A stretch of DNA of 64,000 nucleotides. Origin: an uncultured SAR86 cluster bacterium. Its GTDB lineage: Bacteria; Pseudomonadota; Gammaproteobacteria; Magnimaribacterales; AG-339-G14. This document shows positions 28,656 through 39,744 of this stretch, in pieces. The notes under the pieces are model-generated. The model saw only the letters and a list, made by a program, of their open reading frames with translations. It made no database searches and had not been told where the DNA came from. A program made the position numbers and the translations under genes. The DNA lies in NCBI GenBank assembly GCA_902614235.1, contig CACMKG010000002.1, forward strand, positions 17,354-81,353, read 5' to 3'. Position 1 is the first letter of the stretch. Each line of letters opens with the position of its first letter.

Positions 28656-30260
28656 ATGTTGAAATACAAAGAAATGCTTGATCATTACACTGATCTCAGA
28701 GAGAAAGAACCTAATCTTCTTAAGCATATCAACGCTGAAAGTGCTGCAAGAATGAGACTTCAAAACAGATTTCATTCGGGCTTAGATATTGCTAGGTACA
28801 CCGCCGATATCATGCATGCTGACATGAAAGATTACGATGGAGATTCCTCAAAATATACTCAATCTCTTGGTTGTTGGCATGGTTTTACAGCCCAACAAAT
28901 GATGATGGAGATAAAAAAATCTCAAAAAACCACGGCAAAATCATATGTCTACCTGAGTGGTTGGATGGTTGCAGCATTAAGATCTGAATTCGGTCCTCTG
29001 CCTGACCAAAGCATGCATGAAAAAACAACCGTGCCAAATCTAATTAAAGAAATTTACACTTTTTTAAAAAGAGCCGATTCAGTTCAACTTCAACATCTAT
29101 TCAATGAATTAGATGAAGCTTACAAGAGTGGTTCTAAAACAGATGAAATCATTTCTAGAATAGATAATTTTGAAACTCATGTCGTACCTATTATTGCTGA
29201 CATTGATGCCGGTTTTGGAAATGAAGAAGCAACTTATTTATTGGCTAAAAAAATGATTCAAGCAGGTGCGTGTTGCATTCAAATAGAAAATCAGGTGTCA
29301 GATGAAAAACAATGTGGTCACCAAGATGGAAAAGTTACCGTTCCGCATGAAGATTTTCTTTCGAAAATAAATGCTGTTCGTTATGCTTTTTTGGAATTGG
29401 GAGTTGAAAATGGAATTATTGTTGCAAGAACAGATTCCTTAGGTGCTGGACTTACTCAAAAAGTTCCTGTTTCGAAGGAACCGGGAGATTTAGCCGATCA
29501 ATACAATTCTTTTCTTGAAACTGAAGAAATTCAAGATTTAAATCAGTTAAATGAAAATGACATTACGATTCATCAAAATGGTATTTTAGTTAAGCCTGTC
29601 AGATTAGCTAATGGATTGTATAAATTTAGAGATGGTACTGGTTTCGACCGAGTGGTTTTAGACTGTATAACAAGTCTTCAAAACGGGGCGGATCTGCTAT
29701 GGATAGAAACTGAAAAACCCAATGTCGCTCAAATTGCCGAGATGGTTAACAAAATAAGAGAAACTGAACCAAGTGCTAAGCTTGTTTACAACAACTCACC
29801 TTCTTTCAACTGGACTTTATCTTTCAGAGAACAAGTCTATGGAGAATGGGTAGCTGCTGGAAAAGACGTAAGCAATTATCCAGATCCAGCTAAAGCTCCA
29901 AGAGGTCTTATGGATGTAAAATTTGACGATAGTGAGTTAGCGGCAGAGGCCGATCAATTAATACAAAATTTTCAAAAGGATGCGGCCAGAGAAGCTGGAA
30001 TATTCCACCACCTCATTACTTTGCCTACTTATCATGAAACAGCTCTAGGAACAGCTGTTCTATCGGAAGGTTATTTTGGTGATAAAGGCATGTTGGCTTA
30101 CGTGAAAGAAATTCAAAGAGCAGAAATCAGACGAGAAATGTCTTCAGTTAAACACCAGGATTTGGCTGGTTCAACTGTTGGTGATACTCACAAAGAATAT
30201 TTCTCTGGTGAAAATGCATTGAAAGCTGGTGGTGCAGATAACACCATGAATCAGTTTTAA
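28656..30260 (+). CDS. aceA: Isocitrate lyase (long Pseudomonas-type)
   Basis: YLSGWMVAALRS, IIADIDAGFG, catalytic KQCGHQDGK, YNNSPSFNW. Confidence 0.97.
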   Translation: MLKYKEMLDHYTDLREKEPNLLKHINAESAARMRLQNRFHSGLDIARYTADIMHADMKDYDGDSSKYTQSLGCWHGFTAQQMMMEIKKSQKTTAKSYVYLSGWMVAALRSEFGPLPDQSMHEKTTVPNLIKEIYTFLKRADSVQLQHLFNELDEAYKSGSKTDEIISRIDNFETHVVPIIADIDAGFGNEEATYLLAKKMIQAGACCIQIENQVSDEKQCGHQDGKVTVPHEDFLSKINAVRYAFLELGVENGIIVARTDSLGAGLTQKVPVSKEPGDLADQYNSFLETEEIQDLNQLNENDITIHQNGILVKPVRLANGLYKFRDGTGFDRVVLDCITSLQNGADLLWIETEKPNVAQIAEMVNKIRETEPSAKLVYNNSPSFNWTLSFREQVYGEWVAAGKDVSNYPDPAKAPRGLMDVKFDDSELAAEADQLIQNFQKDAAREAGIFHHLITLPTYHETALGTAVLSEGYFGDKGMLAYVKEIQRAEIRREMSSVKHQDLAGSTVGDTHKEYFSGENALKAGGADNTMNQF

Positions 30261-30415
30261 TCTTTTACTTTACCGCAAATACTGCAAGTATCTCCCTTTT
30301 CAAGGTAGATTCCTCCGCAGCTAGGCTGTAAGGGTTTTTTGTTTAAAATCAAGCCAATTGCCATGCCTCCTATAGACAAAGCAACTACTATTAATGCAAA
30401 AACCACTGTAGCCAT
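30257..30415 (-). CDS. nqrM: Na+-NQR maturation protein NqrM (DUF539), 52 aa, missing from the ORF track
   Basis: MATVVFALIVVALSIGGMAIGLILNKKPLQPSCGGIYLEKGDTCSICGKVKD*; TM helix plus SCGG...CxxC; follows apbE in the nqr operon. Confidence 0.85.
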   Translation of the reverse strand: MATVVFALIVVALSIGGMAIGLILNKKPLQPSCGGIYLEKGDTCSICGKVKD

Positions 30416-30419
30416 GAAT

Positions 30420-31241
30420 TTATTCTACCAACTCAAACCACTTAGAAGTAGCGATAATTTTAACTTTTTCTTCTTCTCCATATATAAAATAAGCATTTAA
30501 GTTGTTTTGCTTAGCCAAATTTAGCCAGTCATCGCTTTGTGAAGCATAAAGAGCAGTAGCCCAGGCATCTGCAAGAGTTGTTGAGTTCTCATCAATCACT
30601 GTGACACTTAATAAGTTTGTCTTGGAAGGTTTATAAGTATTTGGATCGAGTATATGTCCTGGATTTCTATAATTTCCTGAAGATGCGATTGATAGATTTT
30701 TTAAAACAGAAAACTTTTTATGAATAGTTTTAGATAAAGATGGATCTTCAATTGCAAAAGACCAAGGTTTGGATTTGTTCAGACCTTCAAACCTTAATTC
30801 TCCCCCTATCTCAACCATAAAATTATTAATGTTATTGGCTTTTAAAAGATCAGAAACTTTATCTACAGCATATCCTTTCGCAAAAGAATTAAAGTCATAA
30901 TTACCCGTAATTTTATGATTAAAGTAACCTTTTGATTTGCTGTGAACATTCCATCCAAGTTGATCTAATTTTTTCCATTCCTCATTTGCTTCTCTAAAAT
31001 CAATCTCGTTATTATTTATAAGGGAAGTCAGTGAATCGTCTTTATAATGAGAAAAGAGGTCATCAATTCTATTCAACTCCTCGGTTATGATTGCTTCTAC
31101 AGGAACTTCATTATTTTCAGAAAAGTACTTTAACTGCCAAGTGGTACCATAAATCTCTCCTTGAATTATTTTTTGGCTAGACTCGTTTGAACAACTTAAT
31201 ACGAAGAAACTAAAAAAAAGAAAGAGAAAGATTTTTGGCAT
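30420..31241 (-). CDS. apbE: FAD:protein FMN transferase ApbE (lipoprotein)
   Basis: Lipobox VLSC, GTTW, AKGYAVD, EIGGE, ASSGNYR, HILDP, ADAWATA; follows nqrF. Confidence 0.92.
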   Translation of the reverse strand: MPKIFLFLFFSFFVLSCSNESSQKIIQGEIYGTTWQLKYFSENNEVPVEAIITEELNRIDDLFSHYKDDSLTSLINNNEIDFREANEEWKKLDQLGWNVHSKSKGYFNHKITGNYDFNSFAKGYAVDKVSDLLKANNINNFMVEIGGELRFEGLNKSKPWSFAIEDPSLSKTIHKKFSVLKNLSIASSGNYRNPGHILDPNTYKPSKTNLLSVTVIDENSTTLADAWATALYASQSDDWLNLAKQNNLNAYFIYGEEEKVKIIATSKWFELVE

Positions 31242-31243
31242 TA

Positions 31244-32476
31244 CTAGCCGCCGAAATCATCAAACATGATGTTTTCAGGCTCAACCCCAAGACTATCAAG
31301 CATTTTGAATGCTGCATCCATCATCATAGGTGGTCCACACATATAGTACTCGCAATCTTCAGGTGTTGGGTGATTAACCAAATAATTATCATGGAGAACG
31401 TGGCTTATGAAACCTGTATAACCGCTCCAACTATCTTCCGGAAGTGGGTCGGATAAGGCAGTATGATAAGAGAAATTTTCGTATTTTTTTTCAAGTTCTC
31501 TAAATTCTTCATCATAAAACATCTCTTTGAGACTTCTTGCCCCATACCAGAATGATATTTTTCTTGAGGAATCTAATCGTAAAAGCTGGTCAAAAATATG
31601 GGATCTCATTGGTGCCATACCTGCTCCACCGCCAATGAATACCATTTCATTTTGAGTATCCTTAGCCATGAATTCTCCAAATGGTCCAAAAATGGTTAAT
31701 TTATCGCCTTTTTTTAGATTGAATAAATATGATGATGCTTCACCAGGGGGAAAATCTGTTCCTGGAGGGGGGCTAGCAATTCTGATATTGAATTTCATAA
31801 TACCCTTCTCCTCAGGGTAATTTGCCATTGAATAAGCTCTTATTACAGGTTCTTTTACAATGGACTTATTTTCAAGAACTTTAAATTTTTCCCAGTCTTC
31901 TAAGTACTCTTTTTCAATTTCAAAGTTTTTATAATCAGCCTCATAGGCAGGAATTTCCATTTGAACATAACCTCCTGCGTCAAAGCCTACAGCTTCTCCT
32001 TCAGGCAGTTCTAATATTAGTTCTTTAATAAAAGTGGCAACATTTTCGTTTGATTTGACAGTGGTTTCCCATTTTTTGGCTCCAAAAACTTCATCGGGTA
32101 CGGTGATTTTCATATCACTTTTAACAGGAACCTGACATGACAATCGCCAAAAATCTTTCTTTTCTCTATTATTAAAATGCGCTTCTTCCGTCGCTAAAAT
32201 TGAGCCTCCACCATCAAAAACCTGACATCTGCATTGGGCACAAGTTCCGCCACCACCACAAGCTGAAGATAAAAATAAATCTTGTTCTGCGAGCGTTTGA
32301 AGTAATTTGCCACCTGCTGGCACCGTAATAGTTTTTTCAGGGTCACCGTTGATCTCAACTGTCACGTCTCCTGTGGAAACTAATCTAGTTCTAGCAAACA
32401 AAATAACGAAAATCATCATGTTTACTATTAATGTGAATGCTACGATGCCCAGTGCTATTTCAATCATATCAACCAT
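31244..32476 (-). CDS. nqrF: Na+-translocating NADH:quinone reductase subunit F
   Basis: [12 protein letters not shown] 2Fe-2S motif, [21 protein letters not shown], terminal FDDFGG. Start adjusted to abut the nqrE stop. Confidence 0.97.
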   Translation of the reverse strand: MVDMIEIALGIVAFTLIVNMMIFVILFARTRLVSTGDVTVEINGDPEKTITVPAGGKLLQTLAEQDLFLSSACGGGGTCAQCRCQVFDGGGSILATEEAHFNNREKKDFWRLSCQVPVKSDMKITVPDEVFGAKKWETTVKSNENVATFIKELILELPEGEAVGFDAGGYVQMEIPAYEADYKNFEIEKEYLEDWEKFKVLENKSIVKEPVIRAYSMANYPEEKGIMKFNIRIASPPPGTDFPPGEASSYLFNLKKGDKLTIFGPFGEFMAKDTQNEMVFIGGGAGMAPMRSHIFDQLLRLDSSRKISFWYGARSLKEMFYDEEFRELEKKYENFSYHTALSDPLPEDSWSGYTGFISHVLHDNYLVNHPTPEDCEYYMCGPPMMMDAAFKMLDSLGVEPENIMFDDFGG

Positions 32477-33087
32477 TAAATACTTATACCCCCAAAAGAC
32501 ATAAATCCAAAGCACATCAAACCAACAGTTATAAAGGTAATACCTAATCCTTGTAAACCATCGGGAATATCGCTGTATTTAAGCTTTTCTCTAATTCCTG
32601 CAAGCATAGCAATTGCAAGGGCCCAACCAACTCCAGCACCTAATCCGTATACAACACTTTCTCCAAAAGCTAGACTCTTCTCGACCATGAATAAAGAGGC
32701 ACCCAAAATTGCACAATTAACTGTAATTAATGGTAGAAAAATTCCCAGGGCGTTGTATAACACTGGCACATATCTATCTAAAAACATTTCTAAAATTTGA
32801 ACGGTAGCCGCTATGACGCCTATATAACTTATAAGTCCAACAAACTCTAAGGAAACTTCTGGGAAACCCAACCAAGCCAATGCGCCTTCTTTAAGAATGT
32901 ATGTATAAATTAAATTATTTAAAGGAACTGTGATTCCAATAATTACTATGACAGCTATTCCAAGACCGATTGCAGCATCTATTTTTTTTGAAATTGCAAT
33001 AAAGGTGCACATTCCAAGAAAAACCGAAAGCGCGATATTCTCTATAAAAACAGCATTGATAAATATACTTAAATAACTCTCAAGCAT
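32476..33087 (-). CDS. nqrE: Na+-NQR subunit E
   Basis: [35 protein letters not shown]. Confidence 0.97.
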   Translation of the reverse strand: MLESYLSIFINAVFIENIALSVFLGMCTFIAISKKIDAAIGLGIAVIVIIGITVPLNNLIYTYILKEGALAWLGFPEVSLEFVGLISYIGVIAATVQILEMFLDRYVPVLYNALGIFLPLITVNCAILGASLFMVEKSLAFGESVVYGLGAGVGWALAIAMLAGIREKLKYSDIPDGLQGLGITFITVGLMCFGFMSFGGISI

Positions 33088-33751
33088 GATCTGCCTTCAC
33101 TTCTTTAGGTGCGTTCTTGCTCATTTTAAATTCAGCTGGCTCTACTTGTTCGGTCTTCCAAGATCTTAAAAACCATATAAATAATCCAATTATCAAAAAA
33201 GAGCTTGGTGGCAATAGAAAAAAATTATTACTTACGTACCATCCACCTTCAGAGACTAATGGAAGAATTTGTACCCCTAATAATTGTCCGCTTCCTATCA
33301 ACTCTCTTATAGAACCAACGATAATCAAAATCACGCTATAACCCAAACCATTTCCAAAGCCATCGACCATACTCATGTAAGGACCATTTTGCATGGCATA
33401 AGCTTCAGCACGTCCCATGACAATACAATTGGTGATAATTAAACCTACAAATACTGAAAGAGTTTTACTCGTCTCGTAATCATAAGCTTTCAAAAGCTGA
33501 TCAACGATAATTACTAAAGAAGAAATAATTGTCATTTGAACGATAATCCTTATGTTGCTCGGGACTATGTTTCTTATTAATGAAATAAAAAAATTGGATA
33601 ACGTAATAGTCGCAGTTAAGGCGACACACATAATTAAAGTTGGATAGAGCTTGCTAGTTACTGCCAAAGCAGAACAGATACCCAAAACTTGCAATGCAAT
33701 TGGGTTGTCTTTGAATATCGGAGATAACAATACTTCCGAAGTTTTAGCCAT
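33080..33751 (-). CDS. nqrD: Na+-NQR subunit D
   Basis: [33 protein letters not shown]. Confidence 0.97.
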   Translation of the reverse strand: MAKTSEVLLSPIFKDNPIALQVLGICSALAVTSKLYPTLIMCVALTATITLSNFFISLIRNIVPSNIRIIVQMTIISSLVIIVDQLLKAYDYETSKTLSVFVGLIITNCIVMGRAEAYAMQNGPYMSMVDGFGNGLGYSVILIIVGSIRELIGSGQLLGVQILPLVSEGGWYVSNNFFLLPPSSFLIIGLFIWFLRSWKTEQVEPAEFKMSKNAPKEVKADHA

Positions 33752-34520
33752 TTATATTTTCCTGTTTTAAATTATTTAAAAACTTTTTGAAACCACTATC
33801 ACCCAACCAGTAAGCCAATAAATTAGATACCCCGTTGCTGGTTAAAGTTGCTCCAGATAAACCATCTACCTCATAAGTGGACATATCACTATTATTATCC
33901 ACTTTTCCCTTTACAACTTTAATAAGAATTTCACCGTTTTCGTCATAAATCTTTTTCCCTCTCCAAAGAGCCTTCCATTTGGGATTATCTACCTCAGCTC
34001 CAAGACCAGGAGTTTCTTTATGTTGATAGAATTCGAGACCGACGATCGTATTTAAATCGCTAGAAATTGCTAAATATCCGTATAGAATTCCCCACAATCC
34101 ATACCCTCTAACAGGCAGAATCACTGTATTTAATTGATCTTCACGGTATTCAAGGAACACTTTTGAAAAATTTTCTCTTTTCTTAATGGTGGCAATGTCC
34201 TCTATGGAGCTTAGCGCTATATAGCGAGATGGATCTTTCAATTCCTTAGAAAGATCGTATTTTTCGGTTGAAAGATCAGTAATAAGCCCTCCTTCTATAT
34301 CAATAATTTTTTCTTCTATAGAGTCAAAAGCAGATTCTGTAGTACCATAAAAACCTTTTAAGTCTGCTGCTGCAACAATTTTTTTTTGTTGATCTAATAT
34401 GGCATTACTCTTTTGGAGTTCCTTTAAGCCTACAGCTATGACTGAAATGACAGCGGCGCAAATTAAACAAAGTCCAATTCCAATGAGCAAAGTGTTTTTA
34501 ATGCTATCTTTATTCTGCAT
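33744..34520 (-). CDS. nqrC: Na+-NQR subunit C
   Basis: [20 protein letters not shown] site [10 protein letters not shown]. Confidence 0.97.
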   Translation of the reverse strand: MQNKDSIKNTLLIGIGLCLICAAVISVIAVGLKELQKSNAILDQQKKIVAAADLKGFYGTTESAFDSIEEKIIDIEGGLITDLSTEKYDLSKELKDPSRYIALSSIEDIATIKKRENFSKVFLEYREDQLNTVILPVRGYGLWGILYGYLAISSDLNTIVGLEFYQHKETPGLGAEVDNPKWKALWRGKKIYDENGEILIKVVKGKVDNNSDMSTYEVDGLSGATLTSNGVSNLLAYWLGDSGFKKFLNNLKQENING

Positions 34521-35727
34521 TGAGCACTCTCACTCTTTGTTTAATATTTCTTGAAACAAAATAATGATCTATGAGAGGAGAAAGTAAATTTCCAAATAAA
34601 ATAGCAAGCATCATACCCTCTGGGTAAGCAGGATTAAGAACTCTAATCATAATTACCATGAAACCGATTACAAACCCATAGACCCATCTTCCTTGGTTGG
34701 TGTGTGAACCTGAAACTGGTTCTGTTGCCATAAAGACTAGGCCAAACATATAACCACCCATGACCATATGCCACCAAAAAGGAATAGCAAACATTGGATT
34801 AGTATCGCTGCCAGCCAAGTTAAATAGCGTGGCTGTAAACATTGTACCCAAGACAACACCTGCGACGATCCTCCATGAAGCTATCTTTGTATATAACAAA
34901 ATAGCCAGTCCTATTAATATTGCTACAACTGATGTTTCGCCGATTGATCCAGGAATAAAACCTAAAAAAGCATCACTCCATGTATAAGACATGTTCATAT
35001 ATGATTCTTGAGCTGACATTCCTAACATTGTTGCTGCTGTATAGCCATCGACTGCCACCCAAGCCATATCACCTGACCATGATGCTGGGTATGCAAAATA
35101 TAAAAATGCTCTTCCCGTTAAAGCTGGATTTAAGAAATTCTTTCCGGTACCACCGAATATTTCTTTACCTATTACCAAGCCGACACTGATACCTAAAGCT
35201 ACTTGCCACAGAGGCGCATCCGGTGGGCAAGATAGAGCAAAGAGAATGGTTGTAACAAAAGCACCTTCGCTTATTTCATGTTTTCTGATGACAGCGAAAA
35301 TCATCTCCCAACCTATTCCGACAATAAAAGTGACTAAGTAAATTGGTATGAAATAAACCGCCCCATAACTAATACAATCTAGAAGATTGTTTGGGTTCAA
35401 ACCTGAAACAAGTTGTATTATTGGCCAATGCCAGTCTGTTTCAAAGACTCCTCCATTGAGGTTTATTTCCTCCAATGCAGATAAAGCTTGGAACCCTACG
35501 TTATACATCCCAAAAAAAGCAGCAGGAAAAGTTGCCAACCAAACCACTACCATGATCCTTTGAATGTCGCTGCCGTCTCTTATGTGAGTGAGTCCTGAGG
35601 TTTTTCGATCAGAAGAATAAAAAAGGTTTTCAAATACATCGAAAAGAGGAAAATACTTCGCTAGTTTTCCTGAGCCTTGAAAAGATGGCTTTAATTTATC
35701 AAAGAAATTTCTTAGAGGATCTGACAT
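34510..35727 (-). CDS. nqrB: Na+-NQR subunit B
   Basis: KEIFGGTGKNFLNPAL, FMN site VDGYTAAT, IPGSIGETS, FMATEPVS. Confidence 0.97.
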   Translation of the reverse strand: MSDPLRNFFDKLKPSFQGSGKLAKYFPLFDVFENLFYSSDRKTSGLTHIRDGSDIQRIMVVVWLATFPAAFFGMYNVGFQALSALEEINLNGGVFETDWHWPIIQLVSGLNPNNLLDCISYGAVYFIPIYLVTFIVGIGWEMIFAVIRKHEISEGAFVTTILFALSCPPDAPLWQVALGISVGLVIGKEIFGGTGKNFLNPALTGRAFLYFAYPASWSGDMAWVAVDGYTAATMLGMSAQESYMNMSYTWSDAFLGFIPGSIGETSVVAILIGLAILLYTKIASWRIVAGVVLGTMFTATLFNLAGSDTNPMFAIPFWWHMVMGGYMFGLVFMATEPVSGSHTNQGRWVYGFVIGFMVIMIRVLNPAYPEGMMLAILFGNLLSPLIDHYFVSRNIKQRVRVLNAE

Positions 35728-35729
35728 TA

Positions 35730-37085
35730 TTAACCTTCCTCCTCTATCTTGGTTAACATTTCTCTTAAGAGCGATCCGTAATCATATTTACTAGGGCAAG
35801 CATAAGTACATAGAGCTAAATCTTCTTCATCTAATTCTAAAATGCCAAGTTTTTGTGCTAATTCAGTATCGCCAATGACAATACTTTTAAGAAGCTGAGT
35901 AACCATAATATTATAAGGAAATATATCTTCAAAAATGCCAATAGGAACTATTGCTCTGTCTGCGCCATTCATCGCAGTTGTATAATTGAGTTTTAAAAAT
36001 TTTTCTTTTAATTTGGTTAAGAAAACAGGAAGAACAGAATGTTTTTCTAATCCTGGTCTTAAAAAATTTAAAAATTCTCTATCATCTTTTTCAACCTCTC
36101 TTAAAACTGAAATTTGTGAGTTATACCTTCCCAAGTAATTTGTATAACTATTAGCCTCTCTCCCACATAAAACTGATCCTGATATAAATCTATTATTTCC
36201 TTGAAGTGTCTTACCTGCCGAAACCTCTGATATTGATGCACCAATTTCAGTTTCTATGAGACATGGGGTTTCAACTTGTGGACCGCATAAAGCTACCATT
36301 CTAGTTGTGTCTAGCGATCCTGTTTTAAATAGTCTACCTATCATAGCTACGTCTTGATAATTTATTGTCCATACAGTTCTGTTTAAACTTACCGGTGAAA
36401 TTCTATGAATTTGAGTGCCAACCAATCCAACAGGATGAATTCCATCAAACTCATGATATTGAATTTTATCAGACGTAATTTTCGAAAAGTTACTAGTGCT
36501 AGAAGTTGAAATATGTACACAATTTTTTGGAATATATGAAATCACTTCTAATCCAAAGTTAAAATCGTCTGCCTTATGATAAAGGTAATCATCGGGGTTT
36601 AAGCTCAAAGGATCAGAGCTAATTAAAGAAATAAATATTTCTTCGGGAATTGTGTCTATTTTTGGAATTTTAGAAAAAGGTCTTGTTTTAAATGATGTCC
36701 AAGTTCCTGACTCTATCAAGTTTTTAACTACTGAATCTTTCGATAACTCAGAAGAATCCTGAAAAGACTCAAATTTAACTTCTGAAGTACTATTTAAATT
36801 TTTTTCAATAACCATAGAAAGGAATGATCTTCGCTCTCCTCTATTTATCTCAACAATTTTTCCAGAAACTGGAGAGGTGAACTTTACTCCAGGATTTTTT
36901 TTATCTTCAAATAAATTCTGTCCTTTAATGACAACATTGCCTTCTTTCACCAACATCGTTGGTTTCAAACCATGGTAATCCTCTCCTAATAGAGCAACAT
37001 TTCTTACAGAAACAGAATTCTTTTTATCAGGGTTTATGTTTCCACTGATCGGTATATTCAAACCTTTTGAAACTTTAAACTTCAT
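35730..37085 (-). CDS. nqrA: Na+-NQR subunit A
   Basis: KGLNIPISG, EDKKNPGVKFTSP, LELDEEDLALCTYACPSK. Confidence 0.97.
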   Translation of the reverse strand: MKFKVSKGLNIPISGNINPDKKNSVSVRNVALLGEDYHGLKPTMLVKEGNVVIKGQNLFEDKKNPGVKFTSPVSGKIVEINRGERRSFLSMVIEKNLNSTSEVKFESFQDSSELSKDSVVKNLIESGTWTSFKTRPFSKIPKIDTIPEEIFISLISSDPLSLNPDDYLYHKADDFNFGLEVISYIPKNCVHISTSSTSNFSKITSDKIQYHEFDGIHPVGLVGTQIHRISPVSLNRTVWTINYQDVAMIGRLFKTGSLDTTRMVALCGPQVETPCLIETEIGASISEVSAGKTLQGNNRFISGSVLCGREANSYTNYLGRYNSQISVLREVEKDDREFLNFLRPGLEKHSVLPVFLTKLKEKFLKLNYTTAMNGADRAIVPIGIFEDIFPYNIMVTQLLKSIVIGDTELAQKLGILELDEEDLALCTYACPSKYDYGSLLREMLTKIEEEG

Positions 37086-37109
37086 TAATAGAGGAGATAT
37101 TCAATATTT

Positions 37110-38594
37110 TTATAAAAAATTAGGTAACTTTCTATACTGTATTCCTGACATTTTTTTAATTACTTTTAATAATTGAGCACAGTAACCGAATTCATTATCG
37201 TACCAAACATAAACTACCGCATTTCTGTCTTTTATAATTGTCGATTGACCATCTATTACAGCCGCATATTTACTTCCTACAAAATCAGAAGAAACATTTT
37301 CTGTTGAAATTGAAAAATCAATTTGATCCTTTAATAAACTGTGAAAGGCTGTTTGTTTTAAAAACTCATTGAATTTTTCTAGCTCCGTAGGTTTTTCTAA
37401 ATATAATTTTAAGATTGCTAAAGAAACATTAGGTGTTGGGACTCGAATTGCATTTGCAGATATCTTTCCTTCTAAATTAGGTAAAACTTGAGAAACTGCA
37501 CTTGCGGCTCCAGTTTCTGTTAAGACCATGTTAAGAGCTGCTGCTCTTCCTCTCCTATTTTTACTGTGATAATTATCAATGAGGTTTTGATCGTTAGTAT
37601 AAGCATGAACTGTTTCGACGTGTCCATTATCAATTTTAAACTCTTTATCAATAGCGCTTAGGACAGGAACGATTGCATTAGTGGTACAAGATGCTGCACC
37701 AATGATTTTATCTGTATCTTGAATATCGTCATGATTTACGCCATAAACAATATTTTTTAAAACACCTTTTACAGGAGCAGTTAATAAAACTTTTTTGATT
37801 TCTTTATTTTTTAAGTGCGCAGACAAACCTTTTTCATCTGAGACTATTCCAGTATTATCAATTAATAATGCGTCTTTAATTCCATATTTAGAATAATCAA
37901 CATCACTTGGATCTTCGGCATTTATGAATTTAACTGTATTACCATTCATTATTAAGGCGTTTTGTTCTTCGTCTACCCTTATGGTTCCTTTAAAACGACC
38001 ATGTACTGAATCTTTTCTAATTAGTTCTGCTCTCTTGAGTAAATCATTGCTAGATTTTTGTCTGGTTACTACTGCTTTGAGATTCAGAGTTTCGCCTGCA
38101 CCGCTATCTTCTAGCAACAATCTCGTGATCAATCTACCTATGCGCCCAAATCCAAATAAAACTAAATCTTGTGGGCTATCCAAAATTGGGTCATGCGCTC
38201 CAATTACGTCTTTTATTTGACTATGAACAAATTCATCAATATTTAGTCCATTATCATCAAACATAAAACCAGCTGCTAGAATGCCAATGTCTATCTGACA
38301 TGGGCCAACGTCAACTTTATCTATTGCTGCCAGTACTAAAGAGGTTTCATATTCACTAAGTTCATTTGCCTCAACTTCACGAACCTTCCTGTGAAGTTGC
38401 ATAATTTCAATCACTGACAGGTTCATCAGCGGATTGCCATAAAGAAGAATTCTTACGTTATTTCTGTGCCATTTTCCAATGACTGGAATCATAGATTCAA
38501 CTAAGGATTGCCTTTCAATCCAATTTTCTAAGTAGTTTTCTGGTTTTGCCCTAGATCTCTTATCAGGGTTATTATCCGAATCGGTTGGGACCAT
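37110..38594 (-). CDS. gap: Glyceraldehyde-3-phosphate dehydrogenase with long N-terminal extension
   Basis: GFGRIGR, ASCTTN, HAYTNDQ, RVPTPNVS, WYDNEFGY; about 140 extra N-terminal residues as in the nqr-linked gammaproteobacterial form. Confidence 0.94.
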   Translation of the reverse strand: MVPTDSDNNPDKRSRAKPENYLENWIERQSLVESMIPVIGKWHRNNVRILLYGNPLMNLSVIEIMQLHRKVREVEANELSEYETSLVLAAIDKVDVGPCQIDIGILAAGFMFDDNGLNIDEFVHSQIKDVIGAHDPILDSPQDLVLFGFGRIGRLITRLLLEDSGAGETLNLKAVVTRQKSSNDLLKRAELIRKDSVHGRFKGTIRVDEEQNALIMNGNTVKFINAEDPSDVDYSKYGIKDALLIDNTGIVSDEKGLSAHLKNKEIKKVLLTAPVKGVLKNIVYGVNHDDIQDTDKIIGAASCTTNAIVPVLSAIDKEFKIDNGHVETVHAYTNDQNLIDNYHSKNRRGRAAALNMVLTETGAASAVSQVLPNLEGKISANAIRVPTPNVSLAILKLYLEKPTELEKFNEFLKQTAFHSLLKDQIDFSISTENVSSDFVGSKYAAVIDGQSTIIKDRNAVVYVWYDNEFGYCAQLLKVIKKMSGIQYRKLPNFL

Positions 38595-38598
38595 TTTC

Positions 38599-39726
38599 TT
38601 ATAAGGAAGAATATTTTTTTAGATGATAGTCTGCGTTTCCAAAAATAGTTCTTATCGTAGTTAATCTCTTAAAGTAATGACCAATGCTCATTTCTTCTGT
38701 AACTCCCATTCCGCCATGCAATTGAATAGCTTCTTCCCCGATCAATTTAGCTGCATTTCCTACTTGATATTTTAGGGCCGAAATCGATTTCACTGCATCT
38801 TCTGATTTATCGTTCATTTTAGCTGCTGCCATTAGGAGCAAAGATTTAGTTTGCTCATGTACCATGAAGGTATCAACCATTCTGTGCTGAAGAGCTTGAA
38901 ATTGGCTAAGCGCTTGACCAAATTGTTCTCTAGTTTTTGTATATTCTAAAGTTAACTCATTCATTTTTTGCATAATACCAATTGCTTCGGCAGATATAGC
39001 TAAAGTTGCAAGATTTACAACCTCTTCAATGGTTGAAAATGCCTTATCTTGTTTACCAAGAAGCGCGTCTTTAGTTAAGACAACATCCTCTAGTGTAAGT
39101 TCAGAAGCTTTTGAACCATCAACATTAGAGTAGTCTCTTAAAGATAATCCCTTAGTCTCTCTGTCAACTATAAATAAACTGATACCATTTTCATCTAGTT
39201 GAGATCCTGCAGTTCTAGCAGAGACAATCAACTTATCTGCAGCAGGTCCGTTCATGACCACACACTTATAGCCATTGAGTTTATATCCATCTCCATCTTT
39301 TTCAGCAGCAGTAGTCACATCGTTCAAATTAAACCTACTTTGAGGCTCAGAAAAAGCAAAAGCTAATTGCATGTCACCATTTAATAAATTTGGAAGAATA
39401 GCGTCTTTTTGATCTTTAGAGCCCAGCTTGCTGACAAGATTTCCAGAAAGCACAATATTTGGAATATAAGGCTCGACAATCAAACCGGTTCCAAATGCCT
39501 CAAGTATGATCATTATATCTACTGGACCACCATTAAACCCTCCATCCTCTTCTGAGAAAGGCATTGCTAAAAGACCAAATTGAGAGAAAGTTTTCCAGAA
39601 ATCTTTACTAAATCCTTCTTCTGTCTTGACCAGCTTTTCTCTGACATCAAAGGGATAGTCTTTTTGAATAAACTGGTGAATTAAGTCTTGAAGCTGTTTT
39701 TGCTCGTCGGAGATTAAAAAATCCAT
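38599..39726 (-). CDS. Acyl-CoA dehydrogenase (small-subunit/PimD-like partner)
   Basis: AFSEP, TREQFGQALSQFQALQHR, IQLHGGMGVTEE. Confidence 0.9.
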   Translation of the reverse strand: MDFLISDEQKQLQDLIHQFIQKDYPFDVREKLVKTEEGFSKDFWKTFSQFGLLAMPFSEEDGGFNGGPVDIMIILEAFGTGLIVEPYIPNIVLSGNLVSKLGSKDQKDAILPNLLNGDMQLAFAFSEPQSRFNLNDVTTAAEKDGDGYKLNGYKCVVMNGPAADKLIVSARTAGSQLDENGISLFIVDRETKGLSLRDYSNVDGSKASELTLEDVVLTKDALLGKQDKAFSTIEEVVNLATLAISAEAIGIMQKMNELTLEYTKTREQFGQALSQFQALQHRMVDTFMVHEQTKSLLLMAAAKMNDKSEDAVKSISALKYQVGNAAKLIGEEAIQLHGGMGVTEEMSIGHYFKRLTTIRTIFGNADYHLKKYSSL

Positions 39727-39744
39727 AACTTACACCCAGCGGTT

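Noticed and set aside
37110-38594. GAPDH as part of a GAPDH-ArsJ arsenate resistance system
   Set aside because: It sits in the usual mfd-gap-nqr context, far from the ars genes, with no adjacent ArsJ-like transporter.
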